From Eledone cirrhosa (lineage: Eukaryota), in the NCBI GenBank assembly GCA_964016885.1, contig OZ024745.1:63488001-63552000 (forward strand): a stretch of DNA of 64,000 nt, in the 5' to 3' direction. The notes below the pieces were generated by a model. That model was not told where the DNA came from, searched no databases, and saw only the letters and a list, made by a program, of their open reading frames with translations. The translations under genes and the position numbers were made by a program. Below are positions 13,425-25,804 of this stretch, in pieces (positions within the stretch are counted from its first letter, which is position 1; each line of letters begins with the position of its first letter).

Positions 13425-15845
13425 TTCAATGGGCAGGGTGTCATCATCTTAGACAGGTGTAATTGTGCAAAGTCAGCTTTAATTACCTCATCCCAAATCT
13501 TCCTAGGCCTACCCACTACCTTCTGGCTACTGTCAAGCTTAAGCACTCTACACCTATTTATACAGCTGTCATCCTTCATACACATCATATATACATACCA
13601 ACGCAATCTCCTCTCCTGCACACTGCATCAGATCCCTCTTATGTCTAATTTCTCACACAGTACATTTATTCTTTGTCATTCACATATATTACTATTGCAC
13701 ATCCATCAAAGCATGGAGGATTCATTTCTTTCCAATCTTCGCAGTTCCTCTGCACACAGTGCCCAGGTCTGACTGATGTGCAACATTGTTGTTCATATAC
13801 ATGTATCATACAGTCTGCCTTTCATTTTGTATTTAGTTAGCATCAGTAGTATCTCCCTGAACTTTCTCCAATCTATTTCACTCTGGCTACTGTGCTTTCA
13901 GAACACCCTCCTCTACTGCTAATTTAGTCACCCAGGTAATAGAAACCATTTACCACTTCTGCAGAGCCCTCTGGGCATTTGAAGGAGTGTGTATCCTGAG
14001 TTATCATGCTACTTACTGCCCCTGCGCACCTATCACATGTAAAACCTACATTCTTTGTTAGCCTGCCTGCGATCCCACTACATCTCTTGTGTACCCAAAA
14101 TTTGCATTTAGGATAAAGGATGGAACTTCTACCTACTCCTTTTCTGCACACTGACCAGGGCCATTTCCCTGAGGAGATCTGGGCCCTGTTTTCCTTTCTA
14201 CCTATGAGAACTTCAGTCTTTGACAAGTTGAATTTAAGACCTTTTGATTGTAGACCATGCTTCTAGGTCTGGAATTTCATCTCTACTTCAGTTATAGATT
14301 CAGCTATAAGGGTTAGGTCATCTGCATTCAGGAGTTCCAGTCTTAAATTCCTCTGTTATTGCCTGTAGGACGATAATAAACAGGAGAGGGCTAAGAACTG
14401 AGCCCTGATAGACACCAAACTGCATGCACATTCTTCGCTATATCATCATCATCCTCGTATAATGTCTATCTTCCATGCTAGCATCGGTTAGACGATAGTC
14501 ATTGTTAATTCTGACTTTGTAGACTGTTCCTCTATACATGGCTTATACTGCACTCACAAGCCACTTGTCTACTCCTAGTTATCTAAGAGCACACCAGATA
14601 ATGGAATGGGAAACTTGTCGAAAGCTTTTTCCACGTCCACAAAAGCCAAGTAGAGTGTTTTAACTTTAGCTAGGTACTTTTCCTGCAGTTGTCTTACAAG
14701 GAAGAGGGCATCTGTTGTACTTTTACCTGGTACAAATCTAAACCTTATCTTATTTAGGTTAACTCATTCCCTAATCAGCTGTGCTAGGATTCTTTCTGTA
14801 ACCTTCATAACCTAGTCAACCAACTAAATAGTTTTCTCAATCTAGAGCATTGACTTTGCTCTTGTAGTAGCTCACAATGATGCTGCTTTGCCAGTCATTT
14901 GGTATGACACCATTTTGTATTACTTGGTTTGCAATTCGGGAGACTATGGTATGGCCCACCATTCTTGATGCTTTCAGCATTTCAGCAACTATTCCTCAGG
15001 ATCCAGCTGCCCAACCTGACTCCATATCCTTGATAGTCTTACATACTGTACTAATGCTGATCTGTACAGCCAGTCCCCTATTGGGTCGACATGGGGCAAA
15101 CTTTATTCTTCCTACGCATTCTTCTCCTTCAGTAATATTATGTAGTGGTACTTTTCAGTGTCAGTGAGGGCAAGTTCACCAAAATCATTTTGGACACACT
15201 TCTCCTACCAACATTACAATTTTCCTTGACACACTGTCTGGTGATCCCGAACACCTCAAGACTTTGATTCTCACGCTGCAAAACATGCTTAATTTTTTTG
15301 TTTTCTGCTTCTCTTCTTGCAAGGTATCCTTGTTACCTAGCTTCTCTCCTAGCATTCTGGTAGACTTCTCTACTACCCTCATTTTGCAAATCCTTCCAAG
15401 TCAGTCTTTTGGCTTTAATTGTTTCATCTATCTTACTATTCCATCAGCAAGTCACTCTCCATCTCCCTAGAGACAAACTCTCACCACAGATTTCATCTGT
15501 TGCATTCAGTAGGTTATCTTTCAGGAATTCCCTCTGTTCCTCTATATCATATGTCCCTATTTGCTCTTCCTTACTGTTGAATGTGTCAGTCAATATATTT
15601 CTAAACTTGTTACTGTTTGATGGGTCTTTTAACTTTCATATTCTTCTCCTCCATGGCGTCTTGTGTTGGCAGGTTCTTCTAGCCCCGGCTATAAGGTCAC
15701 TAATTACTAAGTTATGTTGGATGGGGCATTTTTCACTAGGCAGGGACTTAGTGTTCACAACAGTCACTCTGTCATGTCTTCTGGTAAGAATGAAATCTAT
15801 CAGGCTGCTGTGCTCACCTGATCTATAAGTGATTAAATGGTTGTC
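13425..15845 (-). mobile_element. Degenerate RTE-clade LINE (APE remnant, RT, PHD-like insert, C-terminus)
   Basis: IDFILTR (~15790), LYLAFVDVEKAFD (~14617-14655), GVYQGSVLSPLLF (~14380-14416), LNADDL (~14320), KTEVL...GKWP.SVCRKGVG...CKFWVHKRCSG...CDRC...FYYLGD, MQERRLRWY...GRPRKIW; several stops and frameshifts. Confidence 0.9.
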
Positions 15846-15849
15846 TCGT

Positions 15850-15880
<31 letters not shown>

Positions 15881-16198
15881 GCATTTTAGAGAGATAGAAC
15901 AAGTGAACAAAAGAACTTTACAACCTTTTATTTGTTGATTTGTACAATTACTGTTGCCAATCTAAACCAAACAGTGAGTGTGTTCTATTATTATTTCTGG
16001 TAATATTATAACAATATGACCCTCTCCAAATATAACAATATATATATATAGAAGATCCCGTTAAGGATGAAAGCATCTATTCTTTGTTTAAACTTTAATC
16101 TGTTATTTTAATAAATATTTGCTGTACGGTTTTATATATTTATATACATTATCTTTATCGAGCCCTCTTTGGATTTTAGTCTTCACATTTATTATTAT

Positions 16199-16254
<56 letters not shown>

Positions 16255-16256
<2 letters not shown>

Positions 16257-16446
16257 CAAGGAAGGTGTGGTAAGATACCAGGTGGACCATGACACACCAG
16301 AGTACTCGATACTTGGGGTAGCAGAGTGGGTAATATGAATAGAATCAGGGCCCTGATGGCTGAGCTCTAGCCGTTTCGACAGCTAGATCAGATCTAGCTG
16401 TCGAAGTGGCCAGAGTTCAGCTGTCGGGTACCTGATTCTTTTCATA
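16255..16446 (-). mobile_element. Diverged copy of the 3198-3390 palindromic element
   Basis: Same leader (aacaaggaaggtgtggtaag...) followed by an imperfect palindrome. Confidence 0.75.
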
Positions 16447-16456
16447 TATATACACA

Positions 16457-16491
<35 letters not shown>

Positions 16492-16516
16492 GTATATATG
16501 TGTATATATGTATATG

Positions 16517-16547
<31 letters not shown>

Positions 16548-16905
16548 GGTTCATAGTAATAGTCAGGCTACTGTCTTATTAGCACCCACTCCTCACTGAT
16601 TGACCTCGATGTCACGTGATTGATTCTTTTGAATTTGCCACCGACCAAGTAGGCAGTGATTTTTTCAATGTCCTGGAATTTAGTCCTCGCTTGCTTTTTT
16701 CCATCCACTGAATTATTTTTGTATAAGTTCCCTGTGTCCACACATTGCCTGGGAACTTAGCTGAGAATAGACCTCCCTGATGACGAAAGGATTTTTCTCC
16801 ATGTTGTTTCATTCAGAAACCATGTTTATTCCCTTTCAGAAACTAATTAGTTGGAGTGAAATTTTAGTAAGTAAGTTAATTTTTATAATTTTCTTATTTT
16901 ACGTC

Positions 16906-16960
<55 letters not shown>

Positions 16961-17054
16961 CAACAGCAATTGTACAAATCAACTAATTTGTCAATTCTTT
17001 TGTTCACTTGTTCTATCTCTCTAAAGTGTGGAATCTTGAGTGAATGTTGCACCA

Positions 17055-17370
17055 TGATGATGATGATCATCATCATCATCATCATAACATTCATCATCAT
17101 CTTTCAGCTTTTTACATCCGTTTTCTTATTGCAGTGGCATTGCATCTTCCAGTAGTCTTCCTCTACTTGTCACATTTCTTTGTCATTTCCTCAGTGAAGT
17201 TCAGAAGAAAAAGTTCAATGTTTTGCAATTTTCTCTTGCTACTTATGCACAGATCTTCCTTGGTCTTCATCTTTTACAGCTTCCTTACACTGGCACTTCT
17301 TTACCCAACAAGCGTCATCCATATGCATCACATTTCAATTCCATTTTGGGCTTTTCTGCTCCACACTGTA
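17055..17370 (-). mobile_element. RTE LINE 3' end with (GAT)n tail
   Basis: MHMDDACWVKKC...RPRK-like frame followed by gatgatgat. Confidence 0.6.
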
Positions 17371-17984
17371 TTTGATGCATTAATACTCAATTATTATTTT
17401 TTATATGTGCCTGCTAAGAACTAAGCAATTTAATATACAACTTTCAAAATAAGAATAAGTTTCACACATAAAAGCAAAGATAGGAAAACAGAGGAAAATC
17501 TAGAGTAGTAGGTTATGGAAGCTATGACCTCTTTTTTCAATATAGATTCAGAAAAGATCTACAGGAAGTATAAAATGAGAGCAGAAAGTTTCCACAAGAC
17601 AACCAGCTGCAAGCAACTGATATGAGACAAGTCACTGAGACAACTTCAAGAAACATTCCTAGCTTTCAATGATCTAGAGAAGATGAATAGCCTGTTAGAG
17701 TAGTGCATGTGATGTGAGGGTAATTAATGAGTTAGGAGTGGAATCGCATGCAGCAAGGTGATCATCAAGGCTCAGTGCTAAGCCCTCCGTTTATTATCGT
17801 AATTTAGGCCATAATAATAGTTTCTGATTTAGGCACAAGGCCAGCAATTTGAAAAGGAGGGGCAAGTCGATTAAATTGACCCCAGTGCAATACTGGTGCT
17901 TTATTTATTGAACTCGTAAGGATGAAATGAAAGCTAACCTCAGAGGAACTTAGGGTTAGAACCAAATCTAGGTTGGAAATTCTT

Positions 17985-18820
17985 GACACTCCTAGACAAA
18001 CACTTTCTTAGATTGTAAAGAAATGAAGAATTCATGTTTCGTAATATACATGAATGGCAAAGTATAAATAAACAGTTAGAGAAACCGAGCATGAGAGGAA
18101 TCAGATGCAGCAGCAAGCAGGAGAGGAGATTGTGTTGGTATGGACATCTGATACATATGAAGGATGACAGCTGTATTAAAAGGTGCAGAACGCTCAAAGT
18201 TGATGGAACCTATGGAGTAGGAAAACCTAGGAAGACGTGAGATGAGGTGATAAAAGCTGGCCTTGCATAATTGAACCTCTTAAAGGTGATGACAGAAGAT
18301 TGTGATCTCTGGAGTTATGCAGAAATATAATGTGCACGGGTTGAGGCGTACATCTAGTATGTATCACCTTCCTCTCCAACACCCCTTCTATACACTTCCC
18401 ACGTTGTAACACCGCAACCACGTCCTAACAATCCACCCCGTCACAACATCCCACCACTCACCCCATGTACCTCCCCCATCCAAGTTCCCGGCCCACACTG
18501 TAAGGAGGTTGTTTTGATGCCACGACGAAAAGCTCTCTGTCCACACAGTAAAGTGGTCGTGTTGGAGACAACAGAAGGTGCCCAGCCCACACTGTAAAGT
18601 GGTTGTGTAGTTGTAATGACAAAAAGAACCCCGTACACACAGTAAATCTGGTTGGCGTTAGGAACGGTATTCCACCGTAGAAACTAAGCCCAAAACAGTT
18701 TTGTATGAGCCAGACATGTTCATCTGACCTGAGTTTTCCCACAGTGGGCCAGCTGATGTTACCCATGCTAGCGTGGAAAATTGACGTTAAACTGTGATGA
18801 TGATTATGATGATGATGATA
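17985..18820 (+). mobile_element. RTE LINE 3' end with (GAT)n tail, interrupted by a ~48-bp minisatellite (18490-18645)
   Basis: QERRLCWYGHLIHMKDDSCIKRC...GKPRKT; tail acccatgctagcgtggaaaattgacgttaaac(gat)n, also seen as short stubs at 8765-8812, 12540-12606 and 14442-14495. Confidence 0.8.
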
Positions 18821-18988
18821 TGGCTAAATAGTGAGTCTTGTTACTCAGGAGTTACTTCAGGCGAAACTCCAGAATAACAATATACACTTTTTTAGCCTTA
18901 TTATTAATGAACATATATATATATATAAACATTAAAGCACATTTTACCTTATATTACAAAACATGCTAGCATTAATTTTACAATACTA

Positions 18989-19337
18989 GGGCGATGGGTT
19001 GGGGGTATCGGTAGCGCGTCGGACACCGTACTTTGCAGCACAGGGTTACGTCTCTTTACGTTCTGAGTTCAAATCACACCAAGGTTAGCTTTGCTTTTCA
19101 TCCCTACAGGGTCGATAAAATAAAGTACCACTAACGCACTGGAATCGATTTAATTGACTTTCCTCACCCCCAAAATTGTTGACCTTGTCCCTAAATCAGA
19201 AACCATTAGAGGTTAGCTTTGCTTTCCATCCTTACGAGGTCGATAAAATAAAGTAACAGTAACGTTCTGGGGTCGATTTAATTGACTTTCCCTTTCCCCA
19301 TAAATTGCTGGCCTTGTGCCTGAATCTGAAACCATTT
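18989..19337 (+). mobile_element. tRNA-derived SINE (family A) with tandem duplication of its 3' ~125 bp
   Basis: Body and tail occur twice (19082-19207, 19210-19337). Confidence 0.85.
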
Positions 19338-19806
19338 ACGAGAAACCAATACTACTAAAATAAGGGACACAACTTAATTTTGTTGAAAAAAACGAACAAC
19401 TCATCTATGTCTATGATATATTCTTTTATTTCTTAATTTCTTCTCAGTTCGTTTTATTTGGTACATACTAAGACAAATATTATGCTTATCATTTAGATTA
19501 AATTATTTAATAGTGGCTCAGCGGATTCAACGGGGATATGAAGAGATCGAATACTACCTAATTGATACGGTCTTGATTAAATATGATTTGACTTTTTCGA
19601 TAATACAGGGAGCTAACTCCGATTTTTCTCACATAATTGTTTAGCTGTTTTGAACGTATATTTAAATACCTTTACAAGAAATCTAATAAATATTATTCTT
19701 TAATATACTTTATAGAACTCCTGTTTATCATTTAATGAATTCTGCATAATTTATACTTAATTTCATTTTTCATTTCATTTTAAATTAGAGAAAAGTGGCT
19801 AACTGT

Positions 19807-19836
19807 CTTCTTCTTCTTCTTCTTCTTCTTCTTCTT

Positions 19837-19866
<30 letters not shown>
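19807..19866. repeat. (CTT)n microsatellite
   Basis: Direct reading. Confidence 0.95.
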
Positions 19867-19867
<1 letters not shown>

Positions 19868-19966
19868 TTCCACAGAGGGTCGTCGGGGCAGATTCCTCAA
19901 TCACCTCTTCGACAGCGTATCTCATACTACACAACTACAAGCTTATATTTGTGTATCTATCATTTA

Positions 19967-20027
<61 letters not shown>

Positions 20028-20029
<2 letters not shown>

Positions 20030-20855
20030 GTACATACATATATGTATACAGACGTACAGTAGTATGTATATATATACATACATGCACACACATATATATA
20101 TATCTACGTATGGGTTTACCGAACATTCAATATAATGCTCGGTTTGTTTGAATTAGGCCGTACAGTGTTCAGGCAACCATCGTCGCCTTTTTGTTCAACA
20201 CTGACACAGGAACGATGTACTAGTTTCAAGCTTATTAGCTATCGTAAGCGTCGTATACCTTCCTGCCAGATGATTGAACGTCTGAAAGTATATACTTTCC
20301 TTATGCATATTAACGGCTGAGCAGCCTAATTTGCATATCGAGTGAGTTAATCGGCCGGGCGCACCGAAAACGATAAATGGAAAAGAATGAAATGAAATGA
20401 AATTTCTCACTCTTAGTACGGCTGATACTTAAATGTAAGTATGTATGTATACGTACATACATATATGTATACAGACGTACAGTAGTCTGTATATATATAC
20501 ATACATGCACACATATATATATGTACGTATGCGGTTACCGAAGGTATACGATGCTGACGATAGCTAATAAGCTTGAAACTAGTACATCGTTCCTGTGTCA
20601 GTGTTGAACAAAAAGGCGACGATGGTTGTCTGAACACTCTACGGCGTAATTCGGGCTGTTTGTTTACAAACAAACCGAGCATTATTATAAATGTTCGGTA
20701 AACCCATACGTACATATATATATGTGTGCATGTATGTATATATATATATACATACTACTGTACGTCTGCATACATATATGTATGTACGTATACATACTTA
20801 TATTTAAGTATCAGCCGTACTAAGAGTGAGAAATGAAATTTCGTTTCATTCTTTT

Positions 20856-20860
<5 letters not shown>
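20028..20860. mobile_element. Diverged member of the same retrozyme family: ~1.2 units on minus (20028-20540) joined to ~0.75 unit on plus (20541-20860)
   Basis: Colinear similarity to the 420-bp unit; embedded in (TA)n. Confidence 0.88.
20548..20590 (+). ncRNA. Minimal type I hammerhead ribozyme
   Basis: acgaug CUGACGA u agcu-aaua-agcu u GAAA cua GUA caucgu. The minus-strand copy at ~20213-20255 has a damaged core (CUUACGA). Confidence 0.9.
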
Positions 20861-20891
<31 letters not shown>

Positions 20892-21193
20892 AATGAAATA
20901 AAAACAAAGGACAGGTTCCTTATATTGAAAAATTCATCATTTTACGATCATTTCTGGGATATATATGTGTGTTGGTATGTATATCATGTTAAAGATCTAT
21001 GTAAAAATTATTACAAATTATCAGAGGAGATATACATACCTATATATGCCATCTTCAGAAATGATGAAGTATGTTTATTGAAAGAATTAATACAAAAATA
21101 TACCACCAACGCATCAAAACAACCATAATAATACTAAAATAAACCAAAAAAAGACCACCTTCTTCTTCACCTATAATAAACTCCACACCAATT

Positions 21194-21810
21194 TTGACTA
21201 ATAATCTCCAAAAGAAACAGTACTCTACTAGCTACACATCCCCTAAACTATCACCCACCAACAACCTGTCTAACCATACTAACCTAATTACAACCCATTC
21301 TAAACCATACATTAATGAAAATAGTAACACTAAAACCACTATAGGTAACACAATTAACTCTCTTGATACAATATTTATGAATGGCTGTAACTGTAGAATC
21401 AAAAGAAATTGCCCATTAAAGGGAAATTCTCTTATTAATAACATAGTCTATAAATGTGTAATTATTACTAAGGACTCCACTCAATCCTATATAGGAGCTA
21501 CGTCTAACCAATTTAAAGTAAGATTTAATACCCACAAACATAGTTTTAAAAATGTCGCATTAGCTAATACAACCTCCTTGGCTGAAGCAATTAATAATTA
21601 TAGAAAGAAGGATATTGCTTACAACCTAACCTGGAGTGTGCTCAAAAGGGCCACCCCTTATCAAAATAGCAGATATGAGTGTAGGTTATGCTCCCAAGAA
21701 CTATTTGAGATCATGAAATCTAATGATATCCTATTAAATAAGCGACAGAAGTAATTATATCATGCAATCATAGAATTAGAAAAACCTTCAAATATTATAA
21801 ACTTAATTAA
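21194..21810 (+). pseudogene. PLE GIY-YIG endonuclease fragment with a 1-nt frameshift near the C-terminus
   Basis: CNCRIKRNCPLKGN, NIVYKC...SYIGATSNQFKVRFNTHKHSF, CRLCSQE, LLNKR, continuing in another frame as EVIISCNHR...KLN*. Confidence 0.88.
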
Positions 21811-22527
21811 TATATACCTCACTCTTATATTTTACAAATTATTATAATTAATTTCTAAAAAAATTTTTAATTTAGTGAACCTCTCATTAAATATTTACTA
21901 CAAAGAATTTCATAATTTTATTTCCCTCTTGCAGCTCACTTTACCTAAAGTTATCTTTAACCTCACTACTTCTTTTAACTGCATCTCCTATCTATCACAT
22001 TTAATACCTAGGATTAGTAAATATAATTAATATCTTTAATATTATGGATATTTAGATAGAAACAATACTTTTTATAAAAAAAATTTCTATTTCAGTTTCT
22101 CTCTCTCTATATATATATATATATTTTTTTTTTTTACTTCTTTATTTATCACATTCATAAGAATTAATATAATTTTAACTCTGTAAGTATACCTATCAAT
22201 TAATTTAATTTCCTTTTATGTTATCTAGGTTCCTTGAAATTTAAACAGGAGTAGTATTTCTCACTAACACTCTCATCCCACAAAAAATTCTTTTCCCTTC
22301 GCTTTTAAGAGCATTCTTTAATAACATCCTTCACTATCTCATTGACTTGACATCATTTCTCTTCCTCATTGTATTCTTTTCATTCAAAGCATAAATTTAC
22401 ATTCCTCCACTCCTAGCATAAAATTTCTACTACTGTTATTCTATCAACTTGACCTCTAACTTTTTCTATTGGTCAATTCAAAACCGACTTTTTGTATTAA
22501 TACTTTGTTTCTTTCAATAAACATACT

Positions 22528-22668
22528 TCATCATTTCTGAAGATGGCATGTATATGTGTAGGTATGTATATCTCCTCTGATAATTTGTAATATTTTTTTA
22601 CATAGATCTTTAACATGATATACATACCAACACACGTATATATCCCAGAAACGATCGTAAAATGATGA
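22528..22668 (+). ncRNA. Type I hammerhead with ~100-nt stem II in pLTR (inverted copy at 20934-21067)
   Basis: ucaucauuu CUGAAGA u gg...cc a GAAA cgauc GUA aaaugauga; 9-bp stem I; palindrome ACGAUCGU. Confidence 0.9.
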
Positions 22669-22863
22669 TTTTTTTTCAATATAAGGAACCTGTTCTTTGT
22701 TTTTATTTCATTGTTTTTATTAATTGATCTTGTCTCTGTTTTCCTATGATTTTTATCGTTAAATTTTGAATGCATTTTCTCTTTTCATGAAATCTTCTAT
22801 ATTTGGATTACATTGAGTTCTTCATACGGATTGGACACTACCGTTTATTTTGGTAGATTGATC

Positions 22864-22897
<34 letters not shown>

Positions 22898-22902
<5 letters not shown>

Positions 22903-23362
22903 TGAAATAACAGATTAAAGTTTAAGCAAAGAATCGTTGCTTTCACCCTTAACGGGATCTTCTGAAACTAACAAAGTCAATCTGTAAACGCAGAAGTGGA
23001 TATTTCAAAAAACATTGCAACCGGAGGAAGACAGGAAGACGCGCGTAATTGTTTTTCAACCCTCCTATTAATGACGTATCTTATTCGTTTTTTCCCGTTC
23101 TTTGCCAGCGAACGTTTCCACGAACCAAAGTATCGTCTTCCTGTCTTCCTCCGGTTGCAACGTTTTATGAAATATCCACTTCTGCGTTTACAGATTGACT
23201 TTGTTAGTTTCAGAAGATCCCGTTAAGGGTGAAAGCAGCGATTCTTTGCTTAAACTTTAATCTGTTATTTTAATAAATATTTGCTCTACGGTTCTTATAT
23301 ATTTGATATATATTTATCCTTATCGAGCCCTCTTTGGATTTTAGTCTTGAAATTTATTATTA

Positions 23363-23367
<5 letters not shown>
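22898..23367 (+). mobile_element. pLTR-like fold-back repeat with hammerhead-like CAGAAGA motif (23206-23256)
   Basis: 22898-23040 is an inverted copy of ~23136-23278; homologous to 12662-13060, 8455-8550 and 16050-16200. Confidence 0.8.
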
Positions 23368-23459
<92 letters not shown>

Positions 23460-23633
23460 ATATTAAATAAATGGAAACTATATTTTTAAAACCATATTTA
23501 TTCTATTACATATATTTCAAGGCTACTAAAACTTTGCCACGCTTTCATCAGATAAAATGCGAAGTATGTTTTATAAATTTTGACATAACCAAGGAAAATA
23601 CCTTAACGGTTCAAGTTTTCCTTACACACTTCG

Positions 23634-23694
23634 TATTTTATCTGATGAAAGCGTACCAAAGTTTTGGTACCCTTGAAATATATATAATAGAATA
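23634..23694 (+). ncRNA. Type I hammerhead in a pLTR remnant (23455-23820)
   Basis: uauuuuau CUGAUGA aagc guacc-aaaguuuu-gguac ccuu GAAA uauau AUA auagaaua; inverted partial copies at 23460-23570. Confidence 0.8.
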
Positions 23695-23832
23695 AATATG
23701 GTTTTATAAATATAGTTTCCATTGAATATTATACTCCAGAAAACTGTCGAGTGCTCTGAATCAGTTATAAACATTTATATTTGTTGAATTACCAACAACT
23801 TGAATATCCCTTCTGCTTATATATATATATAT

Positions 23833-24378
23833 AAATTAATAAAATAATGAATAAACAAAGAAACAGTTCCTTATATTAAAAAAATTCATCATTTTACGAT
23901 CGTTTCTAGGATATATATGTGTTAGAGTTGGTATGCATATTCTATAGATCTATGTACAATATTTATACAAACTATCAGAGGGAATATACATACCTACACA
24001 TATATAAACAGACCTATTGTATTGAATCTTTGTTTTTTTTCAATAAATAAATATCATTATTTCTGAAGACAGCATATATATGTGTAGGTATGTATATTCC
24101 CTCTGATAGTTTGTATAAATATTGTACATCGATCTATAGAATATGCATACCAACTCTAACACATATATATCCTAGAAACGATCGTAAAATGATGAATTTT
24201 TTTAATATAAGGAACTGTTTCTTTGTTTATTCATTATTTTATTAATTTATCTTGACTCTGTTTTCCGTTTATTTTTCACCGAAAGTAGTTTTTGAATGCA
24301 TCTTCTCTTTTCATATCCGGATTACATTGAGTTCTTCATACGGATTGGACACTACCGTAAACGTTTGGTAGATTTATC

Positions 24379-24382
<4 letters not shown>
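23833..24382 (+). mobile_element. Solo pLTR related to 22497-22868, with 5' inversion; hammerhead at 24055-24194
   Basis: CTGAAGA 24063, GAAACGATCGTA 24175-24186; 23833-24005 is an inverted copy; same 3' end sequence as 22790-22868. Confidence 0.85.
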
Positions 24383-24451
<69 letters not shown>

Positions 24452-24453
<2 letters not shown>

Positions 24454-24588
24454 CGAAGGAAATGTGGTAAGGAACCAGATGGACCATAACGCACCAAAGT
24501 ACTCAATACTTAGGGGAGTAGAGTGGGTAATAGGAACAAGTATGACCCGACTGCAGAGCTCAAGCCGTTTCGACGGCTAATTCTGAGT

Positions 24589-24590
<2 letters not shown>
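24452..24590 (-). mobile_element. Left part of a third copy of the palindromic element; right arm at 28016-28059
   Basis: 24548-24590 is the reverse complement of 28016-28059 with one mismatch. Confidence 0.8.
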
Positions 24591-24631
<41 letters not shown>

Positions 24632-24778
24632 TATTTTCCGTTGTGTTGTAATATAAATATTACACACAGTAGATTATCAGCTCACGTAGAGTTTGCTCGA
24701 CGGTTCCAGTTGTAGTTCCAAAAGTAATCCGGAGAAAAATAGAAAGATTTGAATGGATACAGTTTAGTTGAAAGGAAT

Positions 24779-24898
24779 TTATTGACACGTGTTTCTATAA
24801 CAGTTACATAACCTAAAACAGCTGCTATCTACAAACTTTTAGTTATGCAGACATTCAACATTTCAATGTTATTATTTACTGTCATTTCATCAGAATAA
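24779..24898 (-). ncRNA. Type I hammerhead with long stem II in PLE pLTR
   Basis: uuauu CUGAUGA a augacagu...acuguuau a GAAA cacgu GUC aauaa; palindromic stem III ACACGUGU. Confidence 0.85.
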
Positions 24899-25454
24899 TA
24901 TTACTGAGGACCTATTTAGTTTTTATAGAGAATATTAGGAGGGAGGGGTGAAGTTGTTAGAAGAATAGTTGAAGGAGTGGTTTTTCGATAGCAGTGAGAA
25001 TTCTTGGTGGCAGTGAGTAATTAGATTCCCATCTGTTGTTTTGACATTTTTTATAGAATATATTATTGGTTATTTTTCTAAATCTATAGAAGGATTAGAG
25101 ATAGTAAAGATATGCGTGGTTGGTTTTGTGTTTGCACTTAATTAACATTCAGACTTAAATTTTTCTTTCAAGTGTACGTATCCTTTCACCCACGCATTCA
25201 CAAACAAATATATTTGCACACCTCTACAAAATACATATACTCACAATTCACATATTCATACTTACATATATATACACATGCATACACATATATATACACA
25301 CATGTATTCATGTACATACATACGCGCTCATGTGTATACATTTTCATACTCAACTTACCTTTATATACACACGTATAGACACACACATATATACATACAT
25401 ACTCTAGTCCATGTGTACACACATACACATACATACACATCCATATACACATAT

Positions 25455-25537
<83 letters not shown>

Positions 25538-25804
25538 CACTTTAATACATGAATACACTTACATCTAACTATACACATCAAACATATATATATATTTACT
25601 TATTTATATACATTTTCACATATATATACATACTTATGGACGTTTTTAGACACATTCATTATCGCATATTTGTACCTATTCTCATCAGCATATCTTTCCA
25701 TTATTAGTGTGGTAATTTAAGGTTATTAATATATGTTGAGAAGAGATTGTTTTTATATTTTTCTAACTAGATTAAGGTTTATATAGTTGGGGGATGTCCC
25801 TCTT

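Larger units (their letters stand above)
20889..22868 (+). mobile_element. Second Penelope-like element, heavily 5'-truncated (endonuclease only), with inverted pLTR at the 5' end
   Basis: 20889-21090 is the reverse complement of ~22497-22716; GIY-YIG ORF; (TA)n flanks. Confidence 0.9.

Noticed and set aside
16775-16790. CTGATGACGAAA hammerhead-like core
   Set aside because: No stem II and no matching stems I or III
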